NCBI GenBank assembly: GCA_963702405.1 | Contig: CAVPCM010000008.1 | Coordinates: forward strand, 132,849-196,848 | DNA: 64,000 nt | Direction of reading: 5' to 3' | Source: an uncultured Actinomycetota bacterium | GTDB taxonomy: Bacteria; Actinomycetota; UBA4738; HRBIN12 | Shown here: piece by piece, positions 28,908 to 39,458 of the stretch | How the letters are laid out: each line of letters begins with the position of its first letter | How positions within the stretch are numbered: the stretch's first letter is position 1 | Position numbers and translations under genes: made by a program | Notes under the pieces: model-generated | The model's database searches: none | The model's input: the letters and a program-made list of their open reading frames with translations, nothing else | What the model was told of the DNA's origin: nothing

Positions 28908-29312
28908 TCAGCCCTCCAGGAGGAGCTCGACGATGGCCGAGCCCATGATCCACGTGATGGGGATCATCGATCCGACGAACAGGAGGGCGGTCGCGATGCC
29001 CAGTAACCGGATGTGTCGCGTCAATCCCGGGAAGAAGTCGATCAGCATGATCTTCACGCCGTTGAAGGAGTGATACAGGACGGCCGCCACGAGCCCGAGC
29101 TCCAGCATCCGGATGAACGGGTTGTGGTAGACGGAGGCCACCCGGTTGTAGGCGTCCGGCCCCCAACCGACCACGGCGGTGTCCACGACGTGGGCGAAGA
29201 GGAAGAGGATGATCGCGAGGCCGCTCACCCGGTGAAGGAGCCAGCTGTACTGGCCCTCGTGACCCTTGTAGAGCGGGCCGAACTGGCCCTTCCGTTTGGT
29301 CTCCGTGCTCAC
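28908..29312 (-). CDS. sdhC: Succinate dehydrogenase cytochrome b subunit
   Basis: A 134-aa 3-TM protein ([16 protein letters not shown]). It is the first gene of the operon on the minus strand. Confidence 0.75.
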   Translation of the reverse strand: MSTETKRKGQFGPLYKGHEGQYSWLLHRVSGLAIILFLFAHVVDTAVVGWGPDAYNRVASVYHNPFIRMLELGLVAAVLYHSFNGVKIMLIDFFPGLTRHIRLLGIATALLFVGSMIPITWIMGSAIVELLLEG

Positions 29313-29362
29313 CGAGGCTCAGCTTATCGTCGGCCCGCCGCTGTGCGGCCTGCCATCGGACG

Positions 29363-30007
29363 TCACCCGACGCGGATCGCGACCAGGACGCCGTCGCGCG
29401 TGGGGACGATCGTCGAGAGGTAGCGCTCGTCCTCCGCGATCAGCCGGTTGTGCTCGAGGACCGCCTCGGTCCATCCCGGCCGGCGGTCGTCCGGATCGTC
29501 CACCGCCACGCGTCCGTACCACAGGACGTTGTCGCACACGTACAGCCCGCCGGGACGGATCCGATCGCTCACGGCCCGCCATGCCGCCGGATATCCATGC
29601 TTGTCGATGTCGTTGAAGATCACGTCGAAATCGCCCTGCAGCTGCTCGAACTCCCGCACCGCGTCGCCCACGTGGAACCGGACCCGGTCGGCGAGCCCCG
29701 CCCGCTCGAGGTAGCCCGCGGCCCGCGCCTCGTTCTCGGGGTCGCCGTCGGTGAGGTGCACCTCTCCGTCCGAACCGACCGCGCGCGCGTGCCAGTAGGC
29801 GGAGTAGCCGAATCCGGAACCGAGCTCCATGATCCGCGTCGCGCCCGCGGAGCGCGCGAGGACCTCGAGCGTGACTCCGACGTTGCGGCCCACGATCGGG
29901 AACCCGTGCTCCTCCGCGAAGGCCTCCATCTCCAGGAGCACGGGCTCGTCGAAGCGCCTGAGTCGATCCTCCATGTAGCGCTCGATCCGCGGGTCGACGA
30001 TATCCAT
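29363..30007 (-). CDS. Class I SAM-dependent O-methyltransferase (caffeoyl-CoA OMT-like, family 3)
   Basis: [16 protein letters not shown]-binding motif I, and DVIFNDIDK. The start is probably [12 protein letters not shown]. Confidence 0.7.
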   Translation of the reverse strand: MDIVDPRIERYMEDRLRRFDEPVLLEMEAFAEEHGFPIVGRNVGVTLEVLARSAGATRIMELGSGFGYSAYWHARAVGSDGEVHLTDGDPENEARAAGYLERAGLADRVRFHVGDAVREFEQLQGDFDVIFNDIDKHGYPAAWRAVSDRIRPGGLYVCDNVLWYGRVAVDDPDDRRPGWTEAVLEHNRLIAEDERYLSTIVPTRDGVLVAIRVG

Positions 30008-30017
30008 CCGACCGAGC

Positions 30018-30779
30018 CTACCTGCGGACGAGTTTCGCCAGGTACACCATCGCCGCATCGAGGGCGATCGGCTCCCCGTACCACTGATCCGAGTACGGCT
30101 CCACCTCGCCGAGGTCGAGGTCGGTGCCCTCCAGCAGGAGGCGGAGGTCCGCCGGTGCGTAGCACCTGAGCGACTGGATCACGACATCGTTCTCGTGACC
30201 CGTCCGCCACATCCGCTCGGTCATCCGGCTCCCCTCGGCGTCGTACCCCTCCAGGTAACGGACCCCGCTGCCCTCCGGGAACTCCTCCTCGTTGCCGGCG
30301 GTCTTCGCGAAGTACCACGGCGTGAGGATGTCGATCAGGGCGAAGCCTTCGACAGTCAGCCACCCACCGACACGGCGGAGGAGGCGTCGCTGATCCTCGT
30401 CATCCCCGATGCCGAACCCGTCGAAGTACGCGACGACGTCGAACGGCCCTCCCGCATCCACCTGGTAGAAGTCGCCCGCGATCGAGGTGAGGGAACCGCG
30501 CTCGACATCCCTGGCAAGCTCCGCGATGTGCTCCGCGAGCATCGGCTGGAGCTCGACCGTCACGACGTCATGTCCCGCGTGGGCGAGTGCAGCCGCCGTG
30601 GAGCCGGTTCCCGCTCCGAGCTCGAGGATCCGCTTCGGTCCGTCCCCGGCGAGCCGTCGGACCGCGTCGACATGCGGGTCCGAGGCTGCGGGATCGAAGT
30701 CCGCATGCCGGTTCCGCCAATCGGCCCACTCGTACTGCTTGCGATAGAATTCGGGTACCCAGTCCATCGAGGCCATCAT
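30018..30779 (-). CDS. Class I SAM-dependent methyltransferase
   Basis: [15 protein letters not shown] motif I, and [11 protein letters not shown]. Confidence 0.7.
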   Translation of the reverse strand: MMASMDWVPEFYRKQYEWADWRNRHADFDPAASDPHVDAVRRLAGDGPKRILELGAGTGSTAAALAHAGHDVVTVELQPMLAEHIAELARDVERGSLTSIAGDFYQVDAGGPFDVVAYFDGFGIGDDEDQRRLLRRVGGWLTVEGFALIDILTPWYFAKTAGNEEEFPEGSGVRYLEGYDAEGSRMTERMWRTGHENDVVIQSLRCYAPADLRLLLEGTDLDLGEVEPYSDQWYGEPIALDAAMVYLAKLVRR

Positions 30780-30805
30780 CGCCTCATCGTCGCTACGCTG
30801 CCTCC

Positions 30806-32383
30806 ATGGCGGAGGACGCTCGGCGCACGGACTCGGGGATCGAGATCGAGCCGATCTACGAGCCGCACCGGGGCGAGGTGGCCGCCGATCGTGTCGGGGA
30901 GCCCGGCTCGTTCCCGTTCACCCGCGGCGTGTACCCGGACATGTACCGCGGGCGGTTGTGGACGATGCGCCAGTACGCCGGGATGGGGTCGGCTGACGAG
31001 ACGAACCGCCGCTTCCGCTACCTCCTCGATCACGGTCAGACCGGCCTGTCCGTGGCCTTCGACCTCCCGACCCAGATGGGGCTGGACTCCGACCACCTGC
31101 GCGCCGAGGGCGAGGTCGGGAAGACGGGCGTCGCGATCGATTCGATCGAGGACATGGAGAGGCTCCTCGCGGAGATCCCGCTGGATCAGGTGTCCACCTC
31201 GATGACGATCAACGCCACCGCCCCGATCCTCCTCCTCCTCTACGAGCTCGTGGCGGAGGAGCAGGGCCTCGACCCCGCCACCCTCTCCGGCACCGTCCAG
31301 AACGACCTCCTGAAGGAATACGCGGCGCGCGGGACGTACATCTACCCGCCGCAGCCGTCGATGCGCCTGATCACGGATCTGTTCGCGTACGCGGGGGAGC
31401 GGATCCCGCGTTGGAACACGATCTCGATCAGCGGCTATCACATGCGCGAGGCCGGCGCGACGGCCGCGCACGAGATCGCGTTCACGCTGGCGAACGGTAT
31501 CGCCTACGTGCAGGCGGCCGTCGACGCCGGCCTCGCCGTGGACGACGTGGCGCCGCGCCTCTCGTTCTTCTTCGCGTGCCACATGCACTTCTTCGAGGAG
31601 ATCGCGAAGTTCCGCGCGGCGCGACGGATGTGGGCCGCGATCATGCGGGATCGCTTCGGGGCGAAGGACCCACGGTCGCTGACCCTCCGCTTCCACACGC
31701 AGACCGGCGGCGCCACGCTCACGGCGCAGCAGCCGGAGAACAACATCGTGCGCACGGCCCTGGAAGCGATGGCGGCGGTGCTCGGCGGGACCCAGTCGCT
31801 CCACACCAACTCGTTCGACGAGGCCCTTGCACTCCCCACGGAGCAGGCGGTGAAGATCGCGCTCCGCACCCAACAGGTCCTCGGCTTCGAGACGGGCGTG
31901 GCCGAGACGGTCGACCCGTTCGGCGGCTCGTACTACGTGGAGGCGCTCACCGACGAGCTGGAAAGGGTCGCGACCGAGATCGTGGAGTCGATCGACGCGA
32001 TGGGGGGCGCCGTCGCCGCGATCGAGGCGGGCTACTACCAGGACGAGATCCACGAGGCGGCGTTCCGGATCCAACGAGGGATCGAAACGGGCGAGCGGAT
32101 CGTGGTGGGGGTGAACCGATTCGTCGACGCCGATGCGAGGGCGGTCGAGCTCCAGCGGATCTCCGCCGAGGAGACCGCGCAGCAGATGGAACGACTCCGC
32201 GAGCTCCGCGCCTCCCGGGATCAGCCGGCCGTCGATGCCGCGCTCCTCGAGGTGGAGGAGACGGCGCGTGGGACGGGCAACCTCCTCCCGCCGATGCGCG
32301 AGGCGCTCCGTCTGCGATCGACGTTGGGTGAGGTGTCCGATGCGCTCCGTCGCGTGTTCGGGGAGTATCGGCCCACCTACTAG
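30806..32383 (+). CDS. Methylmalonyl-CoA mutase-family catalytic (substrate-binding TIM-barrel) subunit, lacking its own B12-binding domain
   Basis: [48 protein letters not shown] and [13 protein letters not shown]. The protein is 525 aa and ends before the cobalamin-binding domain. The real start is MAEDARR; the track ORF begins 219 nt upstream. Confidence 0.9.
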   Translation: MAEDARRTDSGIEIEPIYEPHRGEVAADRVGEPGSFPFTRGVYPDMYRGRLWTMRQYAGMGSADETNRRFRYLLDHGQTGLSVAFDLPTQMGLDSDHLRAEGEVGKTGVAIDSIEDMERLLAEIPLDQVSTSMTINATAPILLLLYELVAEEQGLDPATLSGTVQNDLLKEYAARGTYIYPPQPSMRLITDLFAYAGERIPRWNTISISGYHMREAGATAAHEIAFTLANGIAYVQAAVDAGLAVDDVAPRLSFFFACHMHFFEEIAKFRAARRMWAAIMRDRFGAKDPRSLTLRFHTQTGGATLTAQQPENNIVRTALEAMAAVLGGTQSLHTNSFDEALALPTEQAVKIALRTQQVLGFETGVAETVDPFGGSYYVEALTDELERVATEIVESIDAMGGAVAAIEAGYYQDEIHEAAFRIQRGIETGERIVVGVNRFVDADARAVELQRISAEETAQQMERLRELRASRDQPAVDAALLEVEETARGTGNLLPPMREALRLRSTLGEVSDALRRVFGEYRPTY

Positions 32384-32393
32384 GCTGCGCATC

Positions 32394-33080
32394 GTGGACG
32401 TGGCGGTGATCGGTGGCACGGGCGCCGAGGGACTCGGTGTGGCGATGCGCGCGGCCGCGGCCGGCCACCACGTGACGATCGGGTCCCGGGATGCTGGGCG
32501 CGGTGCCGAGACGGCGTCGAAGGCCGCCGAGCGCGTCGGCGCCGCGTTGGAAGGCACCGACAACGCCACGGCGGCGGCCGGCGCCGGGGGCGACGGCGTC
32601 GTGGTGGTCACCGTCCCGTACGAAGGTCAGGCCGAGATCTACCGCTCGATCAGAGACGCCGTCGCCCCCGGCGCCGTGATCCTCGACGCCACCAGCCCCC
32701 TCGCCACGGCGGTCGGCGGTCGGCCCTGGCAGGTGCTCCGCCCGTGGCACGGGTCGGCCGCGGAACAGGCCCAGGCGATCCTCGGCAGCGGGCCCCGCGT
32801 GGTCGCCGGCCTCCACACGATCGCGGCCGAGGCCCTGCAGGCCCTCGAGCAGGAGATCGACAGCGACGTGCTGCTGTGCGCCGACGACGCGGACGCGAAG
32901 GCGCGTGTCGGCTCGCTGATCGACGGCTTCCCCGGCATGCGCTGGGTGGATTGCGGCCGGCTCGAGATGGCTCGGGTCGCCGAGCCCCTCACGGCGCTCC
33001 TCGTGTCGATCAACCGAACCTACGAAGTGAAGGACTCCGGTTTCCGGATCGTCGGTCGCGACGCCTGGGGATCGCCCTAG
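32394..33080 (+). CDS. NADPH-dependent F420 reductase (F420:NADP oxidoreductase, NpdG-like)
   Basis: VAVIGGTGAEGLGVAMRAAAAGHHVTIGSRD Rossmann motif. The protein is 228 aa with a GTG start 10 nt after the mutase stop. Confidence 0.7.
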   Translation: MDVAVIGGTGAEGLGVAMRAAAAGHHVTIGSRDAGRGAETASKAAERVGAALEGTDNATAAAGAGGDGVVVVTVPYEGQAEIYRSIRDAVAPGAVILDATSPLATAVGGRPWQVLRPWHGSAAEQAQAILGSGPRVVAGLHTIAAEALQALEQEIDSDVLLCADDADAKARVGSLIDGFPGMRWVDCGRLEMARVAEPLTALLVSINRTYEVKDSGFRIVGRDAWGSP

Positions 33081-34798
33081 TCGATCACCGCGAGGACCTG
33101 CCCGGTCTCCACGACCTGGCCGGCATGGATCGGGAGGTCGGTGACCTCGCCGTCCCGCGTCGACGGGACGTGGTTCTCCATCTTCATCGCCTCGAGGATG
33201 CAGATCACGTCGCCCGGGCGGACCTCCTGGCCCTTCTCGACGAGGACCTTCACGATCGTGCCCTGCATCGGGGCGAGGATCTCGCCGTGGACGTGCTCGC
33301 CGTGGTGCGCGTCCGGGGTCACCGGGGGTCGCGGGGCCGGCTCCCTCCGCTCGTCGAAGATCCGGACCGGGACGCGGCGGCCGTCCACCTCGACCAGGAT
33401 GTCCGCAGGCCGGTTGGGGGGGGCGCCGGACGGGGAGAGATCCGGGTGGGCAGGCAGCGCCACCTCGGCGAGGGCCCGCTCCAACCAGGTGGTCGTGTGC
33501 CTGCCGGCTCGGAACTCCTTCGACTCCAGGATCCACCGGTGTACGGGGATCGTGGTCGGCACGCCCTCCACCCGGAACTCGTCGAGCGCCCGGAGCATCC
33601 GCACCCGGGCCGTGTCGCGGTCGTGTCCCGACACGATCAGCTTGGCGAACATCGAGTCGTAGTCACCGGGGATCTCCCGGCCCTGCTCGATGCCGGAGTC
33701 GACCCGCACGAACGGGCCCGCCGGCTCCCGGTACCTGGTGACCCGGCCCGGCCCGGGCAGGAAGTTCCTGCCCGGGTCCTCGGCGTTGATGCGGCACTGG
33801 ATCGAGGCACCGCGCGGAGCGGGGTCGAGCGCCAGCTCCTCGCCGAGCGCCACGCGGATCTGGAGCGCCACGAGATCGAGGCCCGTCACCATCTCCGTCA
33901 CCGTGTGCTCGACCTGGAGCCGGGTGTTCATCTCCAGGAAGTAGAAGTCCCCGTCCTCGTCCATCACGCACTCGACCGTGCCGGCGTTCACGTAGCCGGC
34001 TTCCCTCGCCAGGGTCGTCGTCGCCTCGGCGAAGCGCTCGCGGATCTTCTCGTCGAACAGCGGTGACGGGGTCTCCTCGATCAGCTTCTGGTGACGGCGC
34101 TGCACGGAGCAGTCGCGCTCGCCCAGGAAGAACACGTTGCCGTGGGCATCGGCCACGATCTGGGCCTCGACGTGGTGGGCCCGGTCGACGTAGCGCTCGA
34201 GGAACACCTCGGGTCGTCCGAAGTACGACTTCGCCTCACGCGCCGCGCGCTTGAGGGACTCCTCCAGATGGTCGGCGTCGCGCACGACGTGCATGCCCTT
34301 GCCGCCCCCGCCGAACGCCGCCTTCACCATGAGCGGGAACCCGATCCGAGCGGCCTGCTTCTTCGCCTGCGCGAGGTCCACGGGTTCACGCGTCCCCGGG
34401 ACGATGGGCATGCCCGCCGCGTCGGCGACCCTCCGGGCCGCGGCCTTGTCGCCCATCGTCGCGATCACCTGCGATGGCGGGCCGACGAACGCGAGCCCCG
34501 CCTCCTCGACCGCCTCCGCGAACGCCGCCCGTTCCGCGAGGAAGCCGTACCCGGGATGCACGAGCGTCGCCTTCGACTTCACGGCGACCTCCATGACCCG
34601 GTCGATCGCGAGATAGGACGAGGATGCCAGTCCCGGTCCGATCCGGAAGGACTCGTCGGCGATCTCGACGTGGAGGGCGTCACGGTCGGCGTCGGAATAG
34701 ACGGCCACCGTGGCGATGCCGAGGTCGCGACACGTCCGAGCGATCCGGATGGCGATCTCGCCGCGGTTGGCGATCAGGAGCTTCTGCTTCCGCGCCAT
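33077..34798 (-). CDS. accA: Acetyl/propionyl-CoA carboxylase alpha subunit (biotin carboxylase + BCCP)
   Basis: KLLIANRGEIAIR, the ATP-grasp biotin carboxylase domain, and the C-terminal biotinyl motif EAMKMEN. Confidence 0.9.
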   Translation of the reverse strand: MARKQKLLIANRGEIAIRIARTCRDLGIATVAVYSDADRDALHVEIADESFRIGPGLASSSYLAIDRVMEVAVKSKATLVHPGYGFLAERAAFAEAVEEAGLAFVGPPSQVIATMGDKAAARRVADAAGMPIVPGTREPVDLAQAKKQAARIGFPLMVKAAFGGGGKGMHVVRDADHLEESLKRAAREAKSYFGRPEVFLERYVDRAHHVEAQIVADAHGNVFFLGERDCSVQRRHQKLIEETPSPLFDEKIRERFAEATTTLAREAGYVNAGTVECVMDEDGDFYFLEMNTRLQVEHTVTEMVTGLDLVALQIRVALGEELALDPAPRGASIQCRINAEDPGRNFLPGPGRVTRYREPAGPFVRVDSGIEQGREIPGDYDSMFAKLIVSGHDRDTARVRMLRALDEFRVEGVPTTIPVHRWILESKEFRAGRHTTTWLERALAEVALPAHPDLSPSGAPPNRPADILVEVDGRRVPVRIFDERREPAPRPPVTPDAHHGEHVHGEILAPMQGTIVKVLVEKGQEVRPGDVICILEAMKMENHVPSTRDGEVTDLPIHAGQVVETGQVLAVID

Positions 34799-34834
34799 GT
34801 GGCGCAACGATATAGCGTCGAGGTCGGTGGACAC

Positions 34835-35587
34835 GTGTTAGGCGAAGAGGCGCTCGAGCGGGCGCTCGCCGCGGCGGGTCTGTCGGCGCCCGTCCGCTGG
34901 GACGACGTGACCGGATCGACGAACGCGACTGCCCTGGTGCTGGCGGCCGAGGGGGCGCCGTCCTGGACGCTCGTGGCCGCCTCGCATCAGACGGCCGGCC
35001 GGGGCAGGCACGGACGCGTCTGGCAGGACAGACCCGGATCGGCGCTGCTGTGCAGCCTCGTGCTCAGACCCGACTGGCCGCCGGCCCGGGTCGGACTCGT
35101 CTCGCTCGCGGCGGGGGTGGCGATGGCGGAAGCGATCTCGGAGATCGCGGGCGTGGAGATCCGATGCAAGTGGCCCAACGACCTCATGGCCGGCGACACG
35201 AAGATCGGCGGGATCCTCGGTGAAGCGCGGGTCTCCGCCGAAGCCATCGCTCACGTCGTCGTGGGGATCGGCGTGAACATCGACGTGCCCGAGGACGTCC
35301 CGAGGGCGGGGGCGATCGGGAACGTGGACGAGGAGACCCTCCTCGCGAGCTTCCTGCGTCGATGCTCGTCGATGATCGGGGCGTCCGCCGACGAGATCGT
35401 GAACCGGTGGCGGGCCGTCTCCCAGACCCTCGGCCGCCGCGTCGAGGCCACGACCGTCGACGGCGATGTCGCTCGTGGGGTGGCGGTCGACATCGACGAC
35501 ACGGGCGCGCTGCTCATCGACACCGATGCCGGTCCCGCGCGAGTGGCCTTCGGGGAGATCGAGCACCTCGACGTCGCACCGGGCTGA
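34835..35587 (+). CDS. birA: Biotin--[acetyl-CoA-carboxylase] ligase (class I, no HTH)
   Basis: QTAGRGRHGRVW, KWPNDL and GIGVNI motifs. It is divergent from accA. The start is uncertain (GTG at 34835). Confidence 0.75.
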   Translation: MLGEEALERALAAAGLSAPVRWDDVTGSTNATALVLAAEGAPSWTLVAASHQTAGRGRHGRVWQDRPGSALLCSLVLRPDWPPARVGLVSLAAGVAMAEAISEIAGVEIRCKWPNDLMAGDTKIGGILGEARVSAEAIAHVVVGIGVNIDVPEDVPRAGAIGNVDEETLLASFLRRCSSMIGASADEIVNRWRAVSQTLGRRVEATTVDGDVARGVAVDIDDTGALLIDTDAGPARVAFGEIEHLDVAPG

Positions 35588-35635
35588 CGGATGCCCGGCT
35601 TGCGAGGCCGGCGCCCCTCGCGCTAGGTTCCGCGC

Positions 35636-36247
35636 ATGGCGTTCCCGACCCGGTTGTTGATCGCGGGCGAGGAACTGATCATGGACCTCCGCCCGCATTG
35701 GATCGCTTTGATCATGCCCGCGATCGCGACGCTCGCGACCTTCGCGGTCATGCTCGTCCTCTACGACGCGTTCGACGAGAACATCCTCGACACCGTGGTG
35801 GGGATCGCGGGGGGACTGTTCCTGCTCGCGTACCCGGTCCGCAAGCTGGTGGACTGGCTGACGTCGCACTTCGTGGTCACGAGCGACCGGATCATCCATC
35901 GGCGGGGCTTCATCGCGAAGTATTCGATGGAGGTGCCGCTGGAGGCGATCAACGACGTGCGGTTCGAGCAGGGTGTCATCGACCGCATCATCGGGGCCGG
36001 GACGCTCGTGGTGCAGTCGGCGTCCGAGGCGGGCCGTCAGGTGTTCGATCACATCCGCAAGCCCGAAGAGGTCCAGAAGACGATCTATCACCAGGGAGAG
36101 CTGAACCAGCAGCGCATGATGCGTGGCAGCGACGGCGGGTCATCGCACTCGTCCACGTCGGAGCTCGAGCGGCTCGCAGATCTCCGAGCGCGCGGGGTTC
36201 TCACGGAGGAGGAGTTCCAGGCACAGAAGCGCAGGCTCCTCGGCTGA
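35636..36247 (+). CDS. Membrane bPH_2 (YdbS/DUF304-like) protein with a C-terminal SHOCT domain
   Basis: A 2-TM hairpin plus bacterial PH domain (GEELIMDLRPHW...). The C-terminus ELERLADLRARGVLTEEEFQAQKRRLLG is SHOCT-type. Confidence 0.65.
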   Translation: MAFPTRLLIAGEELIMDLRPHWIALIMPAIATLATFAVMLVLYDAFDENILDTVVGIAGGLFLLAYPVRKLVDWLTSHFVVTSDRIIHRRGFIAKYSMEVPLEAINDVRFEQGVIDRIIGAGTLVVQSASEAGRQVFDHIRKPEEVQKTIYHQGELNQQRMMRGSDGGSSHSSTSELERLADLRARGVLTEEEFQAQKRRLLG

Positions 36248-36248
36248 C

Positions 36249-36644
36249 ATGACACCGGAAGGGCCGATCGTGGCGATCGACCACGTCTACTACTGGACCC
36301 GCGACATGAACCGGGCGGTGGCCTTCTACGAGACCATCCTCGGTCTTCCGGTGTCGCGGCGGGCCGGCAACGAATGGGCTGAGTTCCAGGCGGGAGGGAT
36401 CCGCCTCGCCCTCCACGGCACCGAGGAGGCCTCGACGCCGCCGAGCGGGACCGTCGTCTTCCGCGTCGAGGACCTCGATGAGGCCAGATGGGCTCTCCAG
36501 CAACGAGGCGTCGTGTTCGACGGACATGAGTCCGAGGTTCCCGGGGTCGCGCGGTTCACGACGTTCCACGACCCCGACGGGAACCTCCTGCAGCTGATCG
36601 AGTACGGGCCCCCGGGAGCATCTCCGGACTCAAGCGCCCGCTGA
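36249..36644 (+). CDS. VOC/glyoxalase-family protein
   Basis: IDHVYYWTRDMNRAVAFYETILGL ... HDPDGNLLQLIEY. The protein is 132 aa. Confidence 0.7.
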   Translation: MTPEGPIVAIDHVYYWTRDMNRAVAFYETILGLPVSRRAGNEWAEFQAGGIRLALHGTEEASTPPSGTVVFRVEDLDEARWALQQRGVVFDGHESEVPGVARFTTFHDPDGNLLQLIEYGPPGASPDSSAR

Positions 36645-36737
36645 CCCGTCCCGAGGATGGTTGCAAGGGGTCCGGGGACTTGCCACTCTGTTGCGGCCGG
36701 TCCGCCTTCCTTCCCCCGGGCCGGGAGCACGCACGAG

Positions 36738-37943
36738 ATGACCGAGACCGTTCGACGCTTCCCCCGATCGACGCGCGTCGCCGTGGTGGCGGCGCTGCTC
36801 GGCGTGGTGTCCCTGGTGACGACGGTGGCCGGCGCCGCGCCGTCGAAGGAGGACGTCGAGCGGGCCAGGGCGCGGCTCGAGGCCATCGAGGACAAGCTGA
36901 GCGGGATCCAGCGCCAGCTCGCAGCCACCCAGCAGCAGCTGAACGCGGCGACGGCGAGGGTGGAGCGGCGCGAGGCGGCGGTCGAGCAGGTCACGGCCGA
37001 GCTGATCCTGACGCAGGAGCAGCTCGACCGTGCCCGGGCGAGCTACGAGCGTGTCTCGAACCGCCTGAACGAACGGGCGGCAGCCGCGTACATGACCGGT
37101 CCCGCCTCCAGCATCGACTTCCTCCTCAACGCCCAGAACGTCGCGGATCTCACCGACCGGATCGCCTATGTCGACGCGCTCGCGCAGGCGGACGCCGAGC
37201 TGGCGGTGAAGGTGGCGAACGAGAAGAACCGGCTCGTCGCGCTCGAGGCGGAGCTCGAGGAAGAACAGTTGCGCGAGGTCCGGGAGCTCGAGCGTGCGCG
37301 GGCTGAGAAGGGCGAGGTGGTCGCGCTCTTCGACGAGCAGCAGGGCCTGCTCTCAACACAGGAGCAGCTGCTCGCCGTGGCGGAGCGGGCGTTCAAGCGC
37401 ACCGAGCAGAGCTATGAGGACTGGCGCGCCGAGCAGCAGGCGTCGACCGGCGACGCGCTCGGCGGCCGGGAGTGGCGCGGAGGCTCGCTCGCGCCCTTCG
37501 AACATGTCTTCGAGGTCTGTCCGGTCCGACAACCGCGCGCCTACGGCGACGGGTTCGGCGCTCCTCGATACGCGGGCGGCTATCACCTGCACAAGGGGGT
37601 CGACATCGTCGCCCCGGAGGGGACGGAGATCCTCGCCCCGTTCGACGGTCAGGCGTTCACGAGCTCGAACGGCCTGGGCGGGAGCGTGGTGTTCGTGGTG
37701 GGGTCGCAGGGCACCGCCTACAACGCGCACCTGTCGAGGTACTCCGAGAACTCGAACGGCGCCGTCTCGGCCGGCGAGGTGATCGGCTTCGTCGGGAACA
37801 CCGGGTCGAGCACCACGCCGCACGATCACTTCGAGTTCCACCCGCACACGATGCCGGGCGACTGGTACAGGAGCGTCTACGGATACGGCGTGATCGAGGA
37901 CGCGATCAACCCGTACCCCTTGCTGCTCCAGGCCTGCGGCTAG
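36738..37943 (+). CDS. Secreted M23-family metallopeptidase with an N-terminal coiled coil
   Basis: A signal peptide (RVAVVAALLGVVSLVTTVAGAA), about 200 aa of heptad-rich sequence, then an M23 domain with HLHKGVD and HDHFEFH. Confidence 0.8.
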   Translation: MTETVRRFPRSTRVAVVAALLGVVSLVTTVAGAAPSKEDVERARARLEAIEDKLSGIQRQLAATQQQLNAATARVERREAAVEQVTAELILTQEQLDRARASYERVSNRLNERAAAAYMTGPASSIDFLLNAQNVADLTDRIAYVDALAQADAELAVKVANEKNRLVALEAELEEEQLREVRELERARAEKGEVVALFDEQQGLLSTQEQLLAVAERAFKRTEQSYEDWRAEQQASTGDALGGREWRGGSLAPFEHVFEVCPVRQPRAYGDGFGAPRYAGGYHLHKGVDIVAPEGTEILAPFDGQAFTSSNGLGGSVVFVVGSQGTAYNAHLSRYSENSNGAVSAGEVIGFVGNTGSSTTPHDHFEFHPHTMPGDWYRSVYGYGVIEDAINPYPLLLQACG

Positions 37944-37971
37944 CACCGCCTCGTCTCCTATCCTGGAGTCG

Positions 37972-38835
37972 ATGCGACCCGAGGACATCCGACACGTCGG
38001 CGTGGTGGGCGCGGGTCTGATGGGGTCGGGCATCGTCGAGGTCTGCGCCCGCGCCGGGCTACGCGTGACGTTCACCGAGGGCTCCGACGAGCTCGTGGAG
38101 GCCGGCCGCGGCCGCGTCGAGCGCTCGGTCGCGAAGGCCGTGGATCGCGGGAAGCTCGACCCGGCCGCGGCCGGGGATCTCCTCGGACGGATCGACGCCG
38201 CCACCGACCTGGGCGCCCTCGGAGACGTCGATCTCGTGATCGAGGCCGCCACGGAGGACCGGGAGGCGAAGGCGGGGATCTTCGCGGAGCTGGGCCGGCG
38301 CACGCGTGCGGAGGTCGTCCTCGCCTCCAACACCTCCTCGATCCCGATCCGGGAGCTCGGGGCCGCAAGCGGGCGTCCGGACGACGTGATCGGGATGCAC
38401 TTCTTCAATCCACCTCCGGTGATGGCCCTCCTCGAGCTCACGCCGTCCACCGACACGAGCGAGGAGACGTACGAGCTCGTCCGGGCGTTCGGGACCGACG
38501 TGTTGGGCAAGACGTGCGTCCGGTCCGGTGACCAAGCCGGCTTCATCGTGAACCGGCTGTTGATCCCGTACCTGTTCGACGCGATCCGCCTCTACGCGTC
38601 CGGCTTCGCCAGCCGTGAGGACATCGACACCGCGATGCGGCTCGGGCTCGCCCACCCGATGGGGCCGCTGACCCTCTCGGACCTGATCGGGCTCGACACG
38701 CTGCTCGCGATCGGCGAGGTCCTCCGCGAGGCGTTCCCGGAGGACCCTCGGTACGAGGCGCCAGCGCTGCTCCGCGACCTCGTGGCGCAGGGGAAGCTGG
38801 GGAAGAAGACCGGCGGCGGCTTCTACGACGACTGA
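37972..38835 (+). CDS. hbd: 3-hydroxybutyryl-CoA dehydrogenase
   Basis: VGVVGAGLMGSGI, NTSS, and the catalytic His/Glu region MHFFNPPPVM. The protein is 287 aa. Confidence 0.9.
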   Translation: MRPEDIRHVGVVGAGLMGSGIVEVCARAGLRVTFTEGSDELVEAGRGRVERSVAKAVDRGKLDPAAAGDLLGRIDAATDLGALGDVDLVIEAATEDREAKAGIFAELGRRTRAEVVLASNTSSIPIRELGAASGRPDDVIGMHFFNPPPVMALLELTPSTDTSEETYELVRAFGTDVLGKTCVRSGDQAGFIVNRLLIPYLFDAIRLYASGFASREDIDTAMRLGLAHPMGPLTLSDLIGLDTLLAIGEVLREAFPEDPRYEAPALLRDLVAQGKLGKKTGGGFYDD

Positions 38836-38843
38836 GGTCCCCG

Positions 38844-39137
38844 TCACCGGGAGGCCTCCACACACTCGCAGCCCTCGCGGCCAACGGTCGCGGCATGTGC
38901 GGTCCCAGGCTCGAGATCGAGGCGATCCCCCGCGCGGAGCTCGATGTCCCCATCGTCGGTGTGGAACACGATCGAGCCGGACAGGCAGAACAACACCTTG
39001 TGGTAGGCGTGGTCGTGCCGCCCGTAGCGATCCCCTCCCGCGTTCCCCCAGGAGCGCGGCGCCGAGCACCCCTCCGCCTCGAATGTCGCGACGGCGTCGT
39101 CCAAGGTCGCGGTCCCGGCGTGCCTGGTGGCGCCCAC
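38844..39137 (-). CDS. Cupin-domain protein
   Basis: A small beta-barrel signature (HKVLFCLSGSIVFHTDDGDIELRAGD). Confidence 0.5.
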   Translation of the reverse strand: MGATRHAGTATLDDAVATFEAEGCSAPRSWGNAGGDRYGRHDHAYHKVLFCLSGSIVFHTDDGDIELRAGDRLDLEPGTAHAATVGREGCECVEASR

Positions 39138-39156
39138 CGCGCTCAGGCCAGGGGGG

Positions 39157-39423
39157 TCAACGGACGTCGCCGCGGCCGTTGACGGGCGGGACGCCCTTGC
39201 GCGCGAACTCCACCCACTGCCCGTGCCAGGGCTCGCGGGCGAACCTCCTGACCTGGAGCGCGCCGAACCCCGTCGCGTCGATGCGCCCCTGGAGGACCCA
39301 CGGCGCGGGCTTGGGGTTCTCGGCGGAGAAGTAGCGCTCGAGCGCCATCAGGATCGCCCGCTCCTCCTCGGGCGTGACCCCTTCCGGGATCTCGAAGCGC
39401 CGACCGTCGCTGGTGCCGTTCAT
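39157..39423 (-). CDS. Candidate acyl-CoA carboxylase epsilon subunit (small protein downstream of pccB)
   Basis: An 88-aa ORF immediately after pccB on the same strand. Position and size are typical of AccE/PccE. A 6-codon uORF (MNGPRA) overlaps its start. Confidence 0.4.
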   Translation of the reverse strand: MNGTSDGRRFEIPEGVTPEEERAILMALERYFSAENPKPAPWVLQGRIDATGFGALQVRRFAREPWHGQWVEFARKGVPPVNGRGDVR

Positions 39424-39458
39424 GCGCGAGGACCGTTCATGCGGGCACCATGCCTGTC

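Noticed and set aside
34835-35587. BirA as a bifunctional repressor
   Set aside because: No N-terminal winged-helix domain is present upstream of the catalytic core in any frame.
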